A stretch of 63,290 bases of DNA, filler included, from Octopus bimaculoides (lineage: Eukaryota), in assembly GCF_001194135.2 (NCBI RefSeq). It is 10 parts of 9 records of this genome, joined end to end, with 100 filler letters (N's around TTAATTAATTAA, not from the genome) between each part and the next. Parts side by side here need not be neighbours in the genome. Positions count along the whole stretch, not along the records: positions 53,252 to 56,988 come from NC_068995.1; positions 57,089 to 60,201 come from NC_068983.1; positions 60,302 to 63,290 come from NW_026432063.1; 7 more parts are not named here. The stretch is one strand, 5' to 3'. Below the pieces are notes generated by a model. It did not search any database and was not told the DNA's origin. It saw only the letters and a list, made by a program, of their open reading frames with translations. The translations under genes were made by a program, and so were the position numbers. Shown one piece after another: positions 53,330-63,290 of this stretch (position 1 is the stretch's first letter; every line of letters starts with the position of its first letter).

Positions 53330-54065
53330 CACGCATCTTCTTCCAAGTAAATTTTATCTCAATAATTCTGGTGCGCACTCTATCTTTTTACTCTTTCATT
53401 GTTCTCTCTTTCTCTTATTCTTTTACCTCCTCTTCTCCCATTATTCTATCCTATTACTCTTTCGTTTTTTTTTCTTATTCCTCTACCTCCCTTTCTCCCC
53501 CTCTTGTTTTATTTCTCACTTATCCTATCTCCAATTTTTCCCTCTCCCCTTCACAGTTCTCTGTCTCTCACTCTCTCTCCCTCACTCTGCCTCTCTTGCT
53601 CACGTGGCTCCCACGGGAACATCAGCCATCTTTCTTCTCCTAACTTTTGTTTGTTTGTTTCTTTCTTTCCGTTGTAGCTGGATCAAGGAAGACGTGTTCT
53701 TGTCTGTCTCCTGTCCAAGTTTGATTTACTCGTTCGCCACCACAACCTCGTTTAGGCTTAGCAGCCCTTCCTGTTCGTTTTCACTGTTCTGTTTGTGCTA
53801 CCAATTTTGACTCTCTGCAAAATCCCAAATTTTATTTAATTTGTTTTGCGGGAGCAACTGTTTTATCAAAAGTGTATATTGTTGTTAAATGCTTGAAATA
53901 CGAGACTAGAAAAACAGCCAACAACTGATGAAGGGTCATTCTTTGTGTTGTTTGTCTTGTTTTCCATTCGTGTCTTTCACTGTGCGCAAAAATAGTTCAT
54001 ATTCCATGTACTCGTACTTTGTATTTTTTGTTGTACATGTTTTGTGACATCTCGTACCCACATAT
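53330..54065. repeat. Unclassified interspersed repeat, copy 2
   Basis: Colinear with 41930-42530, with a longer CT-rich internal tract. Confidence 0.8.
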
Positions 54066-54111
54066 GCATATAGCTATACATATACGTATGTATATATGCA
54101 TATATATATAT

Positions 54112-54907
54112 ATTACTCTTTTACTCTTTTACTTGTTTCAGTCATTTGACTGCGGCCATGCTGGAGCACCGCCTTTAGTCGAGCAAATCGACCCCAGGAC
54201 TTATTCTTTGTTAGCCTAGTACTTATTCTATCGGTCTCTTTAGCCGAACCGTTAAGGTTGAGGAGGGTATTGGATTTAACCAAACCCAAGAGGATACAGG
54301 TAATACCGTGTAAGTTNNNNNNNNNNNNNNNNNNNNNNNNNNNNNNNNNNNNNNNNNNNNNNNNNNNNNNNNNNNNNNNNNNNNNNNNNNNNNNNNNNNN
54401 NNNNNNNNNNNNNNNNNNNNNNNNNNNNNNNNNNNNNNNNNNNNNNNNNNNNNNNNNNNNNNNNNNNNNNNNNNNNNNNNNNNNNNNNNNNNNNNNNNNN
54501 NNNNNNNNNNNNNNNNNNNNNNNNNNNNNNNNNNNNNNNNNNNNNNNNNNNNNNNNNNNNNNNNNNNNNNNNNNNNNNNNNNNNNNNNNNNNNNNNNNNN
54601 NNNNNNNNNNNNNNNNNNNNNNNNNNNNNNNNNNNNNNNNNNNNNNNNNNNNNNNNNNNNNNNNNNNNNNNNNNNNNNNNNNNNNNNNNNNNNNNNNNNN
54701 NNNNNNNNNNNNNNNNNNNNNNNNNNNNNNNNNNNNNNNNNNNNNNNNNNNNNNNNNNNNNNNNNNNNNNNNNNNNNNNNNNNNNNNNNNNNNNNNNNNN
54801 NNNNNNNNNNNNNNNNNNNNNNGTGCTTTTAATTATTAATTTTTCTACATGTGATAGTGGATTTTCATCGATGAGTTCTTGAAAATTGGTTATTTTCCCT
54901 AAAACTA

Positions 54908-54941
<34 letters not shown>

Positions 54942-55146
54942 TACTCTTTTACTCTTTTACTTGTTTCAGTCATTTGACTGCGGCCATGCTGGAGCACCGC
55001 CTTTAGTCGAGCAAATCGACCCCAGGACTTATTCTTTGTTAGCCTAGTACTTATTCTATCGGTCTCTTTAGCCGAACCGTTAAGGTTGAGGAGGGTATTG
55101 GATTTAACCAAACCCAAGAGGATACAGGTAATACCGTGTAAGTTCT
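54112..55146. repeat. Apparently identical 200-bp direct repeat (SINE tail C plus flank) on both sides of an N gap
   Basis: 54112-54316 matches 54941-55146; probably an unmerged assembly overlap. Confidence 0.75.
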
Positions 55147-55206
55147 GTATACCGACTAGTTTGCCCCAGTCATATATATATGTACATGTACATACATATG
55201 TGTGAA

Positions 55207-55535
55207 GGCGCATGGCTCAGTGGTTAGACCATCGAGCTTACGATCATGAGGTTGTGAGTTTGAATTCCGGACCGGGCTGCGTGTTGTATTCTTGAGTAAG
55301 ACACTTTATTTCACGTTGCTCCAGTTCACTCAGCTGCAGAAATGAGTTGCGACGTCACAGGTGCCAAGCTGTATCGGCCTTTGCCTTTCCCTTGCATAAC
55401 ACTGGTGGCGTGGAGAGGGGAGGCCGGTATGCATGGGCGACTGCCGGTCTTCCATAGACAACCTTGCCCGAACTTGTACCTGGGAGGGTAACTTCCTAGG
55501 TGCAATCCCATGGTCAGTCATGACCGAAGGGGTTT
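55207..55535 (+). mobile_element. tRNA-derived SINE, near full length
   Basis: GGCGCATGGCTCAGTGGTTAGA (A box), GAGTTTGAATTCC (B box), TTCTTGAGTAAGACACTTTATTTCAC. Confidence 0.8.
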
Positions 55536-55921
55536 TTAGCAGCATAAATATGTATATATACATATATATGTGTGGATATATATATATGTATATAATAATA
55601 TTAGGGACAAAATCCAAAATTACAGGTAAAAACTCAATTAAAATCAATTTATAAAAAATTAAAATTAAATTGAGCTTTATAGATTATAATATATATAAAA
55701 ATATATAGTTAAAGGAAAATAACCAAGTTTCAAGAACTCATCGATGAAAATCCACTAGCTTTAGTTTGAAATACGGAAAAATATGGATAAGTACTGTTTT
55801 TACTTTGCTAAACGATTTTCTNNNNNNNNNNNNNNNNNNNNNNNNNNNNNNNNNNNNNNNNNNNNNNNNNNNNNNNNNNNNNNNNNNNNNNNNNNNNNNN
55901 NNNNNNNNNNNNNNNNNNNNN

Positions 55922-56657
55922 CGATTGCGCTGGTATGGACATGTGGCGAGAATGGATGAGGATAACTGTGAAAAAGTTCCACACCCTAGCGTTTGAGGGA
56001 TCCCGTGGAAGAGGCAGGCCCAGGAAGACCTGGGATGAGGTGGTGAAGCACGACGTCCGAACTTTAGGCCTCACCGAGGCAATGACTTGTGACCGAGACC
56101 TTTGGAATTATGCTGTGCGTGAGAAGACCCGGCAAAGCAAGTGAGACCAAAATCCAAGGCCTCTGCCAGGGATAGACCAAAATCCAAGGCCAGGGATGTA
56201 GCCAGCCCACTTATGCGTAACATTCCTTCTTTGGACATTAAACTCCCCTTGCCAAGACCTGTTGAGGCAAGTGAAATCGAAATCGAACTAAATTTGTAGA
56301 CTAGCACCCGTGCCAACGTCTTCATTGAACACTAAACTCGGCTTACGATGACCTGTTGGGGCAAGCGAAAGCGAATCGTGATGGCACCAGTACCTGTAAA
56401 TCAGTAAGAGCACTGTCCGAGCGTGATCGTTGCCAGAGCACCAGCTGTCTGGCTTTCGTGCCGGTGGCACATAAAAGCACCCACTACACTCTCTAAGTGG
56501 TTGGCATAGGAAGGGCATCCAGCTGTAGAAACTCTGCCAAATCAGATTGGAGCCTGGTGTAGCCATCTGGTTTCCCCAGTCCTCAGTCAAATCGTGCAAC
56601 CCATGCTAGCATGGAAAGCGGACGTTAAACGATGATGATGATGATGATGATGATGAT
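55922..56657 (+). mobile_element. RTE-clade LINE 3' end, UTR and (GAT)n tail (CpG-retaining copy)
   Basis: RLRWYGHVARM..GRGRPRKTWDEVVKHDVRTLGLTEAMTCDRDLWNYAVREKTRQSK*. Confidence 0.9.
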
Positions 56658-56690
56658 ACATGTATATATATTTATATATATATATGCATG

Positions 56691-56723
<33 letters not shown>

Positions 56724-56988
56724 TTATAAATGTGTGCAAATATATATGTATACACTTTTACTTGTTTCAGTCATGTGACTGCAGCTATGCTGGAGCACCG
56801 CCTATAGTCGAGCAAATTGACCCTGGGACTTATTCCTTGTAAGCCTAGTACTTATTCTATCGGTTTCTTTTGCCAAACCGCTAGATAACGGAGTGTCAAG
56901 CAATACCCTCGCATCACACCACGCACACACTACAACTGACCAACTACTTTCTCCCTTCCCCATTTTCACACTACATACGTCAAGATCA

Positions 56989-57088
56989 NNNNNNNNNNNN
57001 NNNNNNNNNNNNNNNNNNNNNNNNNNNNNNNNTTAATTAATTAANNNNNNNNNNNNNNNNNNNNNNNNNNNNNNNNNNNNNNNNNNNN
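56989..57088. other. Artificial scaffold-joining spacer
   Basis: N44-TTAATTAATTAA-N44. Confidence 0.95.
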
Positions 57089-57123
57089 AATTGAGTTAAT
57101 ATTCAATTTATCACCCTACCTAT

Positions 57124-57161
<38 letters not shown>

Positions 57162-57504
57162 CCACAAAGCTTTGTCGGCTTGACGCTATAGTAGAAGACG
57201 CCCAATGTGCCGCACAGTGGGACTGAACTTGGAACCATGTGGTTGGGAAGCAAGCTTCTTACCACACAGCCACTCCTAATATATATTACGTGATCACATG
57301 ATTGAACACATCATCAGATGTTAACTGTGCCGCTAATGGATGGCAGGATTTGAGCGATGCACGTCAGTTTCTTTTGTTCAAATTCCTTACATATGTATAC
57401 ATGCATGCATGCATGTATGTATGCATGTATATATGTATGTATACATATATGTATGTATAAGATGGCAAACGAATGATAGAATGCTCAACACATTTAGCCT
57501 ATTA

Positions 57505-57924
57505 TTTTTTTACTTGTTTAGGTCATTGGACTACGGCCATGCTGGGGCACCATCTTGAAGAATTTTAGCTGAACAAATCGACCCCAGTTCTTAAAGTTTG
57601 GCACTTATTCTATTAGTCTGTTTTGCCGAACAGCTAAGTTACGGGGACGTAAACACACCAACACCAGTTGCCTAGTGGTATCAAGGACACACACATGTAT
57701 ACATACACACACATATGCACGCATACACACATACACACGCATACACACACACACATATACGGCAGGCTTCTTTTAGTTTCTATCTATCAAATCCACTCAC
57801 AAGACTTTTCATTGATCCGAGGGAGTAGTAGGAGGCACTTGCCCAATGTGCCACGAAGTGGGACTGAACACGGAACGATGCAGTTGGGAAGCCAGCTTCT
57901 TACCATACAGCCACGCCTGCGCCT
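57505..57924 (-). mobile_element. Complete composite tRNA-SINE (B, AC-rich microsatellite, C)
   Basis: Same architecture as 44541-44980, ungapped. Confidence 0.82.
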
Positions 57925-59649
57925 ATTCGTAATTGTTTACTCGTTTGGAAATCCTTCTTCATCACGTGATTACCATGAGGTGACATACGATGTCTTCTTT
58001 CAGTCTAATACGAACACATTTTGTCTCTCTCAACCTTCATACACGCACATCCACACAAACGCACCTCCGCACAGACACGCATCCACGCAAGCACACATGC
58101 ACCTTGCTTCACATATGCACGACAGCAGCCTGGATCCTCATTTTTAAACGTTTCTTTTACTTAGACCGTCGTCCCCATCTCAGCACCTCAGGAGAACGTG
58201 CCGCAAATATGACTGGTATGGCTTAATCTCTGGAGTGGAATTGGGGGTGAGGGTGGGGGTGAAGGTGGGGGGGTTTCTTCGTTTTTCACAACCCCAAAAT
58301 ATATTTGATTACATAGTAGTAGTAGTAGTAGTAGTAGTAGTAGNNNNNNNNNNNNNNNNNNNNNNNNNNNNNNNNNNNNNNNNNNNNNNNNNNNNNNNNN
58401 NNNNNNNNNNNNNNNNNNNNNNNNNNNNNNNNNNNNNNNNNNNNNNNNNNNNNNNNNNNNNNNNNNNNNNNNNNNNNNNNNNNNNNNNNNNNNNNNNNNN
58501 NNNNNNNNNNNNNNNNNNNNNNNNNNNNNNNNNNNNNNNNNNNNNNNNNNNNNNNNNNNNNNNNNNNNNNNNNNNNNNNNNNNNNNNNNNNNNNNNNNNN
58601 NNNNNNNNNNNNNNNNNNNNNNNNNNNNNNNNNNNNNNNNNNNNNNNNNNNNNNNNNNNNNNNNNNNNNNNNNNNNNNNNNNNNNNNNNNNNNNNNNNNN
58701 NNNNNNNNNNNNNNNNNNNNNNNNNNNNNNNNNNNNNNNNNNNNNNNNNNNNNNNNNNNNNNNNNNNNNNNNNNNNNNNNNNNNNNNNNNNNNNNNNNNN
58801 NNNNNNNNNNNNNNNNNNNNNNNNNNNNNNNNNNNNNNNNNNNNNNNNNNNNNNNNNNNNNNNNNNNNNNNNNNNNNNNNNNNNNNNNNNNNNNNNNNNN
58901 NNNNNNNNNNNNNNNNNNNNNNNNNNNNNNNNNNNNNNNNNNNNNNNNNNNNNNNNNNNNNNNNNNNNNNNNNNNNNNNNNNNNNNNNNNNNNNNNNNNN
59001 NNNNNNNNNNNNNNNNNNNNNNNNNNNNNNNNNNNNNNNNNNNNNNNNNNNNNNNNNNNNNNNNNNNNNNNNNNNNNNNNNNNNNNNNNNNNNNNNNNNN
59101 NNNNNNNNNNNNNNTGGTGGTGGTGGTGGTGGGGGGGTTGTAATGGACGTCCAATATGCGAGCGTAAACTAGATGAGTGAAGGAAGTTTAAGACGTCAGA
59201 AAAAGAAAAATGAAGAATTAGAATGAGTGAATAAAAACAGAAACATTAAGACGATGAAGTCACGATATGATAGGATATAAAAGGGAATGTTGATGTATCC
59301 CTCCTTTATCCTGCTGTCCCTAACAACTTGTAATTGGGCATGTTCAGTCATGCGTAGTTGGATTAAGTGTCTAATTATTAGTTATTAACCCGAAATTGCA
59401 AATAAAGGAACCGTAGAGTTGCTTGTAGCACGTGACAAGATGTGTAAGGATTAATACGAACCGATAGGTGTTTATTATTGGTACAGGCGGTGTGTAAATG
59501 GATTGAATGACATTCATGGCCTCTTCTTCTTATTTTCTTTTTTCGATGTTGTTGTTGTTGTTGTTCTTGTTCTTGTTCTTGTTCTTGTTGTTCAAGAATG
59601 TGATCGATATATACGGAGTGTGTTACTGTTAATGGTCATTAATGATAAT

Positions 59650-59855
59650 CTGTGGCAAGCTAGTAGATTCGTTAGTACGCTGGACGAAATGCTTGGCCCG
59701 TCGCTCCGTTCCAAGTTCAAATTCTGCCGACGTCGACCTTGCCTTTCATCCTTTCGAGGTCGATAAAATAAGAACCAGTTGAACACTGGGGCCGATGTAA
59801 TCGACTCATCCCCTACCCCAAAATTGCTGCCCTTGTGACAAAATTTGAAGCCATT
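59650..59855 (+). mobile_element. SINE family A
   Basis: AAGTTCAAATTCTGCC..CCTTGCCTTTCATCCTTTCGAGGTCGATAAAATAAG. Confidence 0.8.
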
Positions 59856-59944
59856 AATGATGATATGAATGAAATAAGGAGATAAAGACGAACCGATATC
59901 TTCTGCAGATCCAATTCTAAATAGATAAAAAATAAAGGTATTTT

Positions 59945-60201
59945 TTTATCTTTTATCTTTTACTTTGTTTCAGTCATTTAACTACGCTCATGCTGAAGGA
60001 TTTTTAGTCGAACAATCGACCCCAGGATTTGTTTTTGTTTTTTTAAGCCTAGTAGTTATTCTGTAGGTCTCTTTTGCTGAATCGCTAGCTTATGGGGACG
60101 TAAACACACCAAAGCCAGTTGTCAAGCCGGTGGGGGGAAACACACACACATGTGTATATACATGTGTATATATATATATTTATATATATATATATATATA
60201 T
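59945..60201 (-). mobile_element. Composite SINE tail C running into its microsatellite at the scaffold end
   Basis: TTTCAGTCATTTAACTACG..GGGGACGTAAACACACC..GTTGTCAAGC, then AC/TA repeats. Confidence 0.72.
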
Positions 60202-60301
60202 NNNNNNNNNNNNNNNNNNNNNNNNNNNNNNNNNNNNNNNNNNNNTTAATTAATTAANNNNNNNNNNNNNNNNNNNNNNNNNNNNNNNNNNNNNNNNNNN
60301 N
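60202..60301. other. Artificial scaffold-joining spacer
   Basis: N44-TTAATTAATTAA-N44. Confidence 0.95.
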
Positions 60302-63290
60302 AGGATGCAAACAGTATTTGTCTAAAGTTAGGATCCTGTGAAGAATGCTTCAAATACTTTCTCAATAAACCAATTGATCTTCACACAACAACATTGTTTT
60401 TGAAAGTCTTGAGGCAAAGTTTGAAATCTTTCATACTAAAGGAAATGAACAACAAACATCTATCACTAATGATGTATTCCACATTCTTTGATCATATCAA
60501 TGATGTAATTATTGCCATAAGAGACATAAATGACAAAGAAAAAGACTTCTTAACTGAAATATTAAATATATTTAAAGTAATTCTAACACTTACTCCCAGC
60601 CATTCTACAAAAGTTATGCAAACTGTTGGCATTATAGATATTGCTGTTCAAGATCCTGATTCAGAACTTAATTTGAAAATGAAAGAACTAAAAGATCTTT
60701 TACAATCTGTCAGTTCTGAACGTGCACCTAGATCCAGACAGAGCAGAACACATTCTTCAGCTACTATTGTGGATGATTTTAGGAATCTTAAACTGATTCC
60801 CACAGTAGGAGAGATTGTTTCAAATAAGAAACCTGTTCTCCATAAAAATATAAAACAAGGTGTTTATGAAAATCTTGAGCATTATCTGGATGTGCAGTTT
60901 CGTTTGTTACGAGAGGATTTTGCTGGTCCATTACGTGATGGCTTAGCTTTACTCATCAGCAATGAGAAAATACTAAATGATAAAAAGAATGATGATTTTT
61001 ATATTTATCATAAGGTATATGTTCTAGATTGGGTAGCAACTAAGAATGGTATTCAATATAAAGTATCATTTGATGTTTCTAAATTCTCAAATATCAATTG
61101 GGAACAGAATAAAAGATTTATATATGGGTCACTTCTCTGTTTGTCTGAAGACAATTTCATAACTACTTACTATGCTACTGTTTCTGACAGGAATTCAAAA
61201 GATCTACAGCAAGGAATTATTACAGTGAACTTCTTTCCTGACATTAAATTGAATATGCTGTTAAATAAGCAATTTGTTATGGTTGAATCAAAAGCATTTT
61301 ATGAAGGATATCGACCTATTTTGATGGGTTTAAAGGAAATTCTTTCTCATGATTTACCTTTCAAGGATTATATTTTATATGCTGATAAAAATGTGAAGGC
61401 TCCAAAATATTTGACAGCTTCTAGCCCTGTCTTTGATTTATCTTGTCTCACTGATAAATCCAAACTTGTTTATGATTATTCAACCAAAACTGTTAAAGTT
61501 CAGGGAACATCTTCAACTGCCATTAAGGTTGATGTTCTAGGTAACAACTGGCCAGAAGCAGTGTCACTGAATTTCAATGATTCTCAGTTAAGTGCATTTT
61601 CCAATATTTTATCCAAAGAATTCTCTCTTACACAAGGTCCACCAGGTACAGGAAAGACTTATATTGGCCTTCAGACAGTCAAGGTTCTCTGTAGCAACCA
61701 TGAAAAATGGTGTGGCAAGCCAATGCTGATTGTATGTTACACAAACCATTCTTTGGATCAGTTTCTTGAAGGTATCGATAAGTTTTTAGATGGAGGTATT
61801 GTTCGAGTTGGGGGACGAAGCTCTAGTGAAATTCTTGAAAAATATTCTCTGCACCAAATGAAATTAGAATTTTCATGGCAAAATCATTTTGCTCTGAATA
61901 TAAACAAACAAAATGTTGAAGAGGAAATAAAAGAACTTAAAAGCAATATTGATGGAAAAACTGACCAGTTCCAGGAAACAAAATATAAAATTATTTCTGT
62001 TGATATTCTTGGACAATATATGGGTCACTTTTATGACTTGTTAATAGAAGGTTTTCAAGATAATTTTGGTAAACTGAATGGAAGTAAATATTGTATTATA
62101 GAAGAATGGTTAGGTTTTGGAGATGTCACAGTTAATGAAGAAAATAGTTTCAAAAGCATAGCTAATTGCGATGAAATTATTGATGACCCTGGTGTTGAAT
62201 TTCTTCAAAATAATCGTATGCTTGATACAGATATTGAAGATTTAAGTCAAGCAAGTTGTAAAAGAAATCCTGTCTCTGATGAAACAGAAAAAAGTAATAA
62301 TTTAAACAATAAAGATGGATTTGAAAGAAAAGCAAGAGAAAAAGAAAAATTGCAAAAGAGACTCAAAGTGGAATTAGAATCTAAAGAGGTAATGTCTGTT
62401 GAAGAAATTGATTCAATCAGTTATATTGATTTGTGGATAATGCCTGTTTCCAAACGTTGGTGCCTTTATCGTTATTGGGTGTCTCTCTATTCTTCAAAAT
62501 TATTAGAAGACATTTTTGAATTAACAACAGAGTACAACATGGCTGCAAAGAGATTGGAAGAGCTGAGATATGAAGAAGACAAAATCATCTTTCAGAATTC
62601 TTTAATCATCGGAATGACAACTACAGGTGCTGCTAGATATCGAGCAATTCTTCAAGAAATCCAACCGCGAATTATAATTGTAGAGGAAGCAGCAGAAATT
62701 CTTGAGGCTCATATTATAACAAGCTTAAATCGCAACTGTGAACAGCTTATTCTTANNNNNNNNNNNNNNNNNNNNNNNNNNNNNNNNNNNNNCTATAAAC
62801 TTGCAAAACACTACAATTTGGAAATTTCTCTCTTTGAACGTATGTTTAATAATGACATTGAAGTGAAATGCCTTAACTTTCAACATCGCATGCGGCCTGA
62901 AATTGCAGAACTCGTTCATCCAATTTATCCAAAGTTAAAAAATCACCATTCAGTGAAACTGTATGACAACATCCATGGAATTAGTAAAAATATATATTTT
63001 ATTAATCACAATCAGCCAGAAAATGAAGTGAACTTTGGGACAAGTAAACACAATCCATATGAGGCATCATTTATCACTGGACTGTGTTGCTATTTACGAA
63101 AACAAGGTTATGAAAGCTCACAAATCACTTTACTGACAACATATTCAGGACAGTTGTTTTCTATAAAGAAATTGGTTAAAAAGGAGCCACTATGTGATGG
63201 TGTCAGAGTAACCATTGTTGACAATTATCAAGGAGAAGAAAATGACATAATTTTATTGTCTTTAGTCAGAAGTAATGAGCATAATTCAAT
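60302..63290 (+). CDS. ZNFX1: NFX1-type zinc finger-containing protein 1-like SF1 (UPF1-family) RNA helicase, partial (open at both ends)
   Basis: Manual translation in frame 60304+3n has no stop to the window end (about 995 codons, 13 masked by Ns). It contains the ZNFX1-type DDFR..P..E...P.L..N..G.Y...HYLDVQFRLLREDFAGPLRDG, KRFIYGSLLCLS, Walker A QGPPGTGKT, CYTNHSLDQFLEG, VRVGGRS, GMTTTGAA, Walker B EEAAE, SLFERM, QHRMRPEI and VDNYQGEENDIILLSLVRSN. The zinc fingers would lie beyond the window. Confidence 0.93.

Noticed and set aside
54112-55146. Identical 200-bp direct repeats flanking about 500 Ns, resembling LTRs
   Set aside because: Perfect identity on both sides of a gap, starting in a SINE tail, is typical of an unmerged contig overlap; no TG..CA ends or primer-binding site
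55207-55275. tRNA-like sequence with A and B boxes
   Set aside because: No complete cloverleaf and it continues into SINE body sequence, so it is a SINE head rather than a tRNA gene
56245-56385. Repeated CTGTTGAGGCAAGTGAAA motif resembling a minimal hammerhead
   Set aside because: Better explained as degenerate duplicates of the RTE ORF end (GAAGACC..AAGTGAG); conserved A6 is missing
57089-63290. Functional linkage of ZNFX1 to upstream repeats, or a promoter in the upstream sequence
   Set aside because: Separated by an artificial spacer at 60202-60301; the true upstream sequence is unknown

Overview
AT-rich eukaryotic DNA, most likely cephalopod/octopus (inferred from recalled SINE/LINE families and microsatellite density, not verified). 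It is not one contiguous locus. Nine identical 100-nt spacers (N44-TTAATTAATTAA-N44) join ten separate scaffolds, so adjacency across spacers means nothing. The only clear host gene is a 5'- and 3'-incomplete, uninterrupted reading frame of about 995 codons (60302-63290, +) encoding a ZNFX1-type UPF1-like SF1 RNA helicase, which the supplied ORF track missed. The rest is repeat DNA: a cluster of R4/Dong-like RLE LINEs at (TAA)n arrays with an inverted HERO-like fragment nested in one copy; RTE, CR1-like and Tx1/L1-like remnants; a decayed maT-like Tc1/mariner transposase; and several tRNA-derived SINE families, one with a built-in microsatellite. There is also a fold-back element with inverted telomere-like repeats and one scaffold whose repeats show CpG decay. 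I found no convincing new multi-gene system. The best leads are the intron-free ZNFX1, the telomere-like fold-back element, the composite SINE and a possibly structured Dong 5' UTR. Repeat coordinates are hand-read and approximate.
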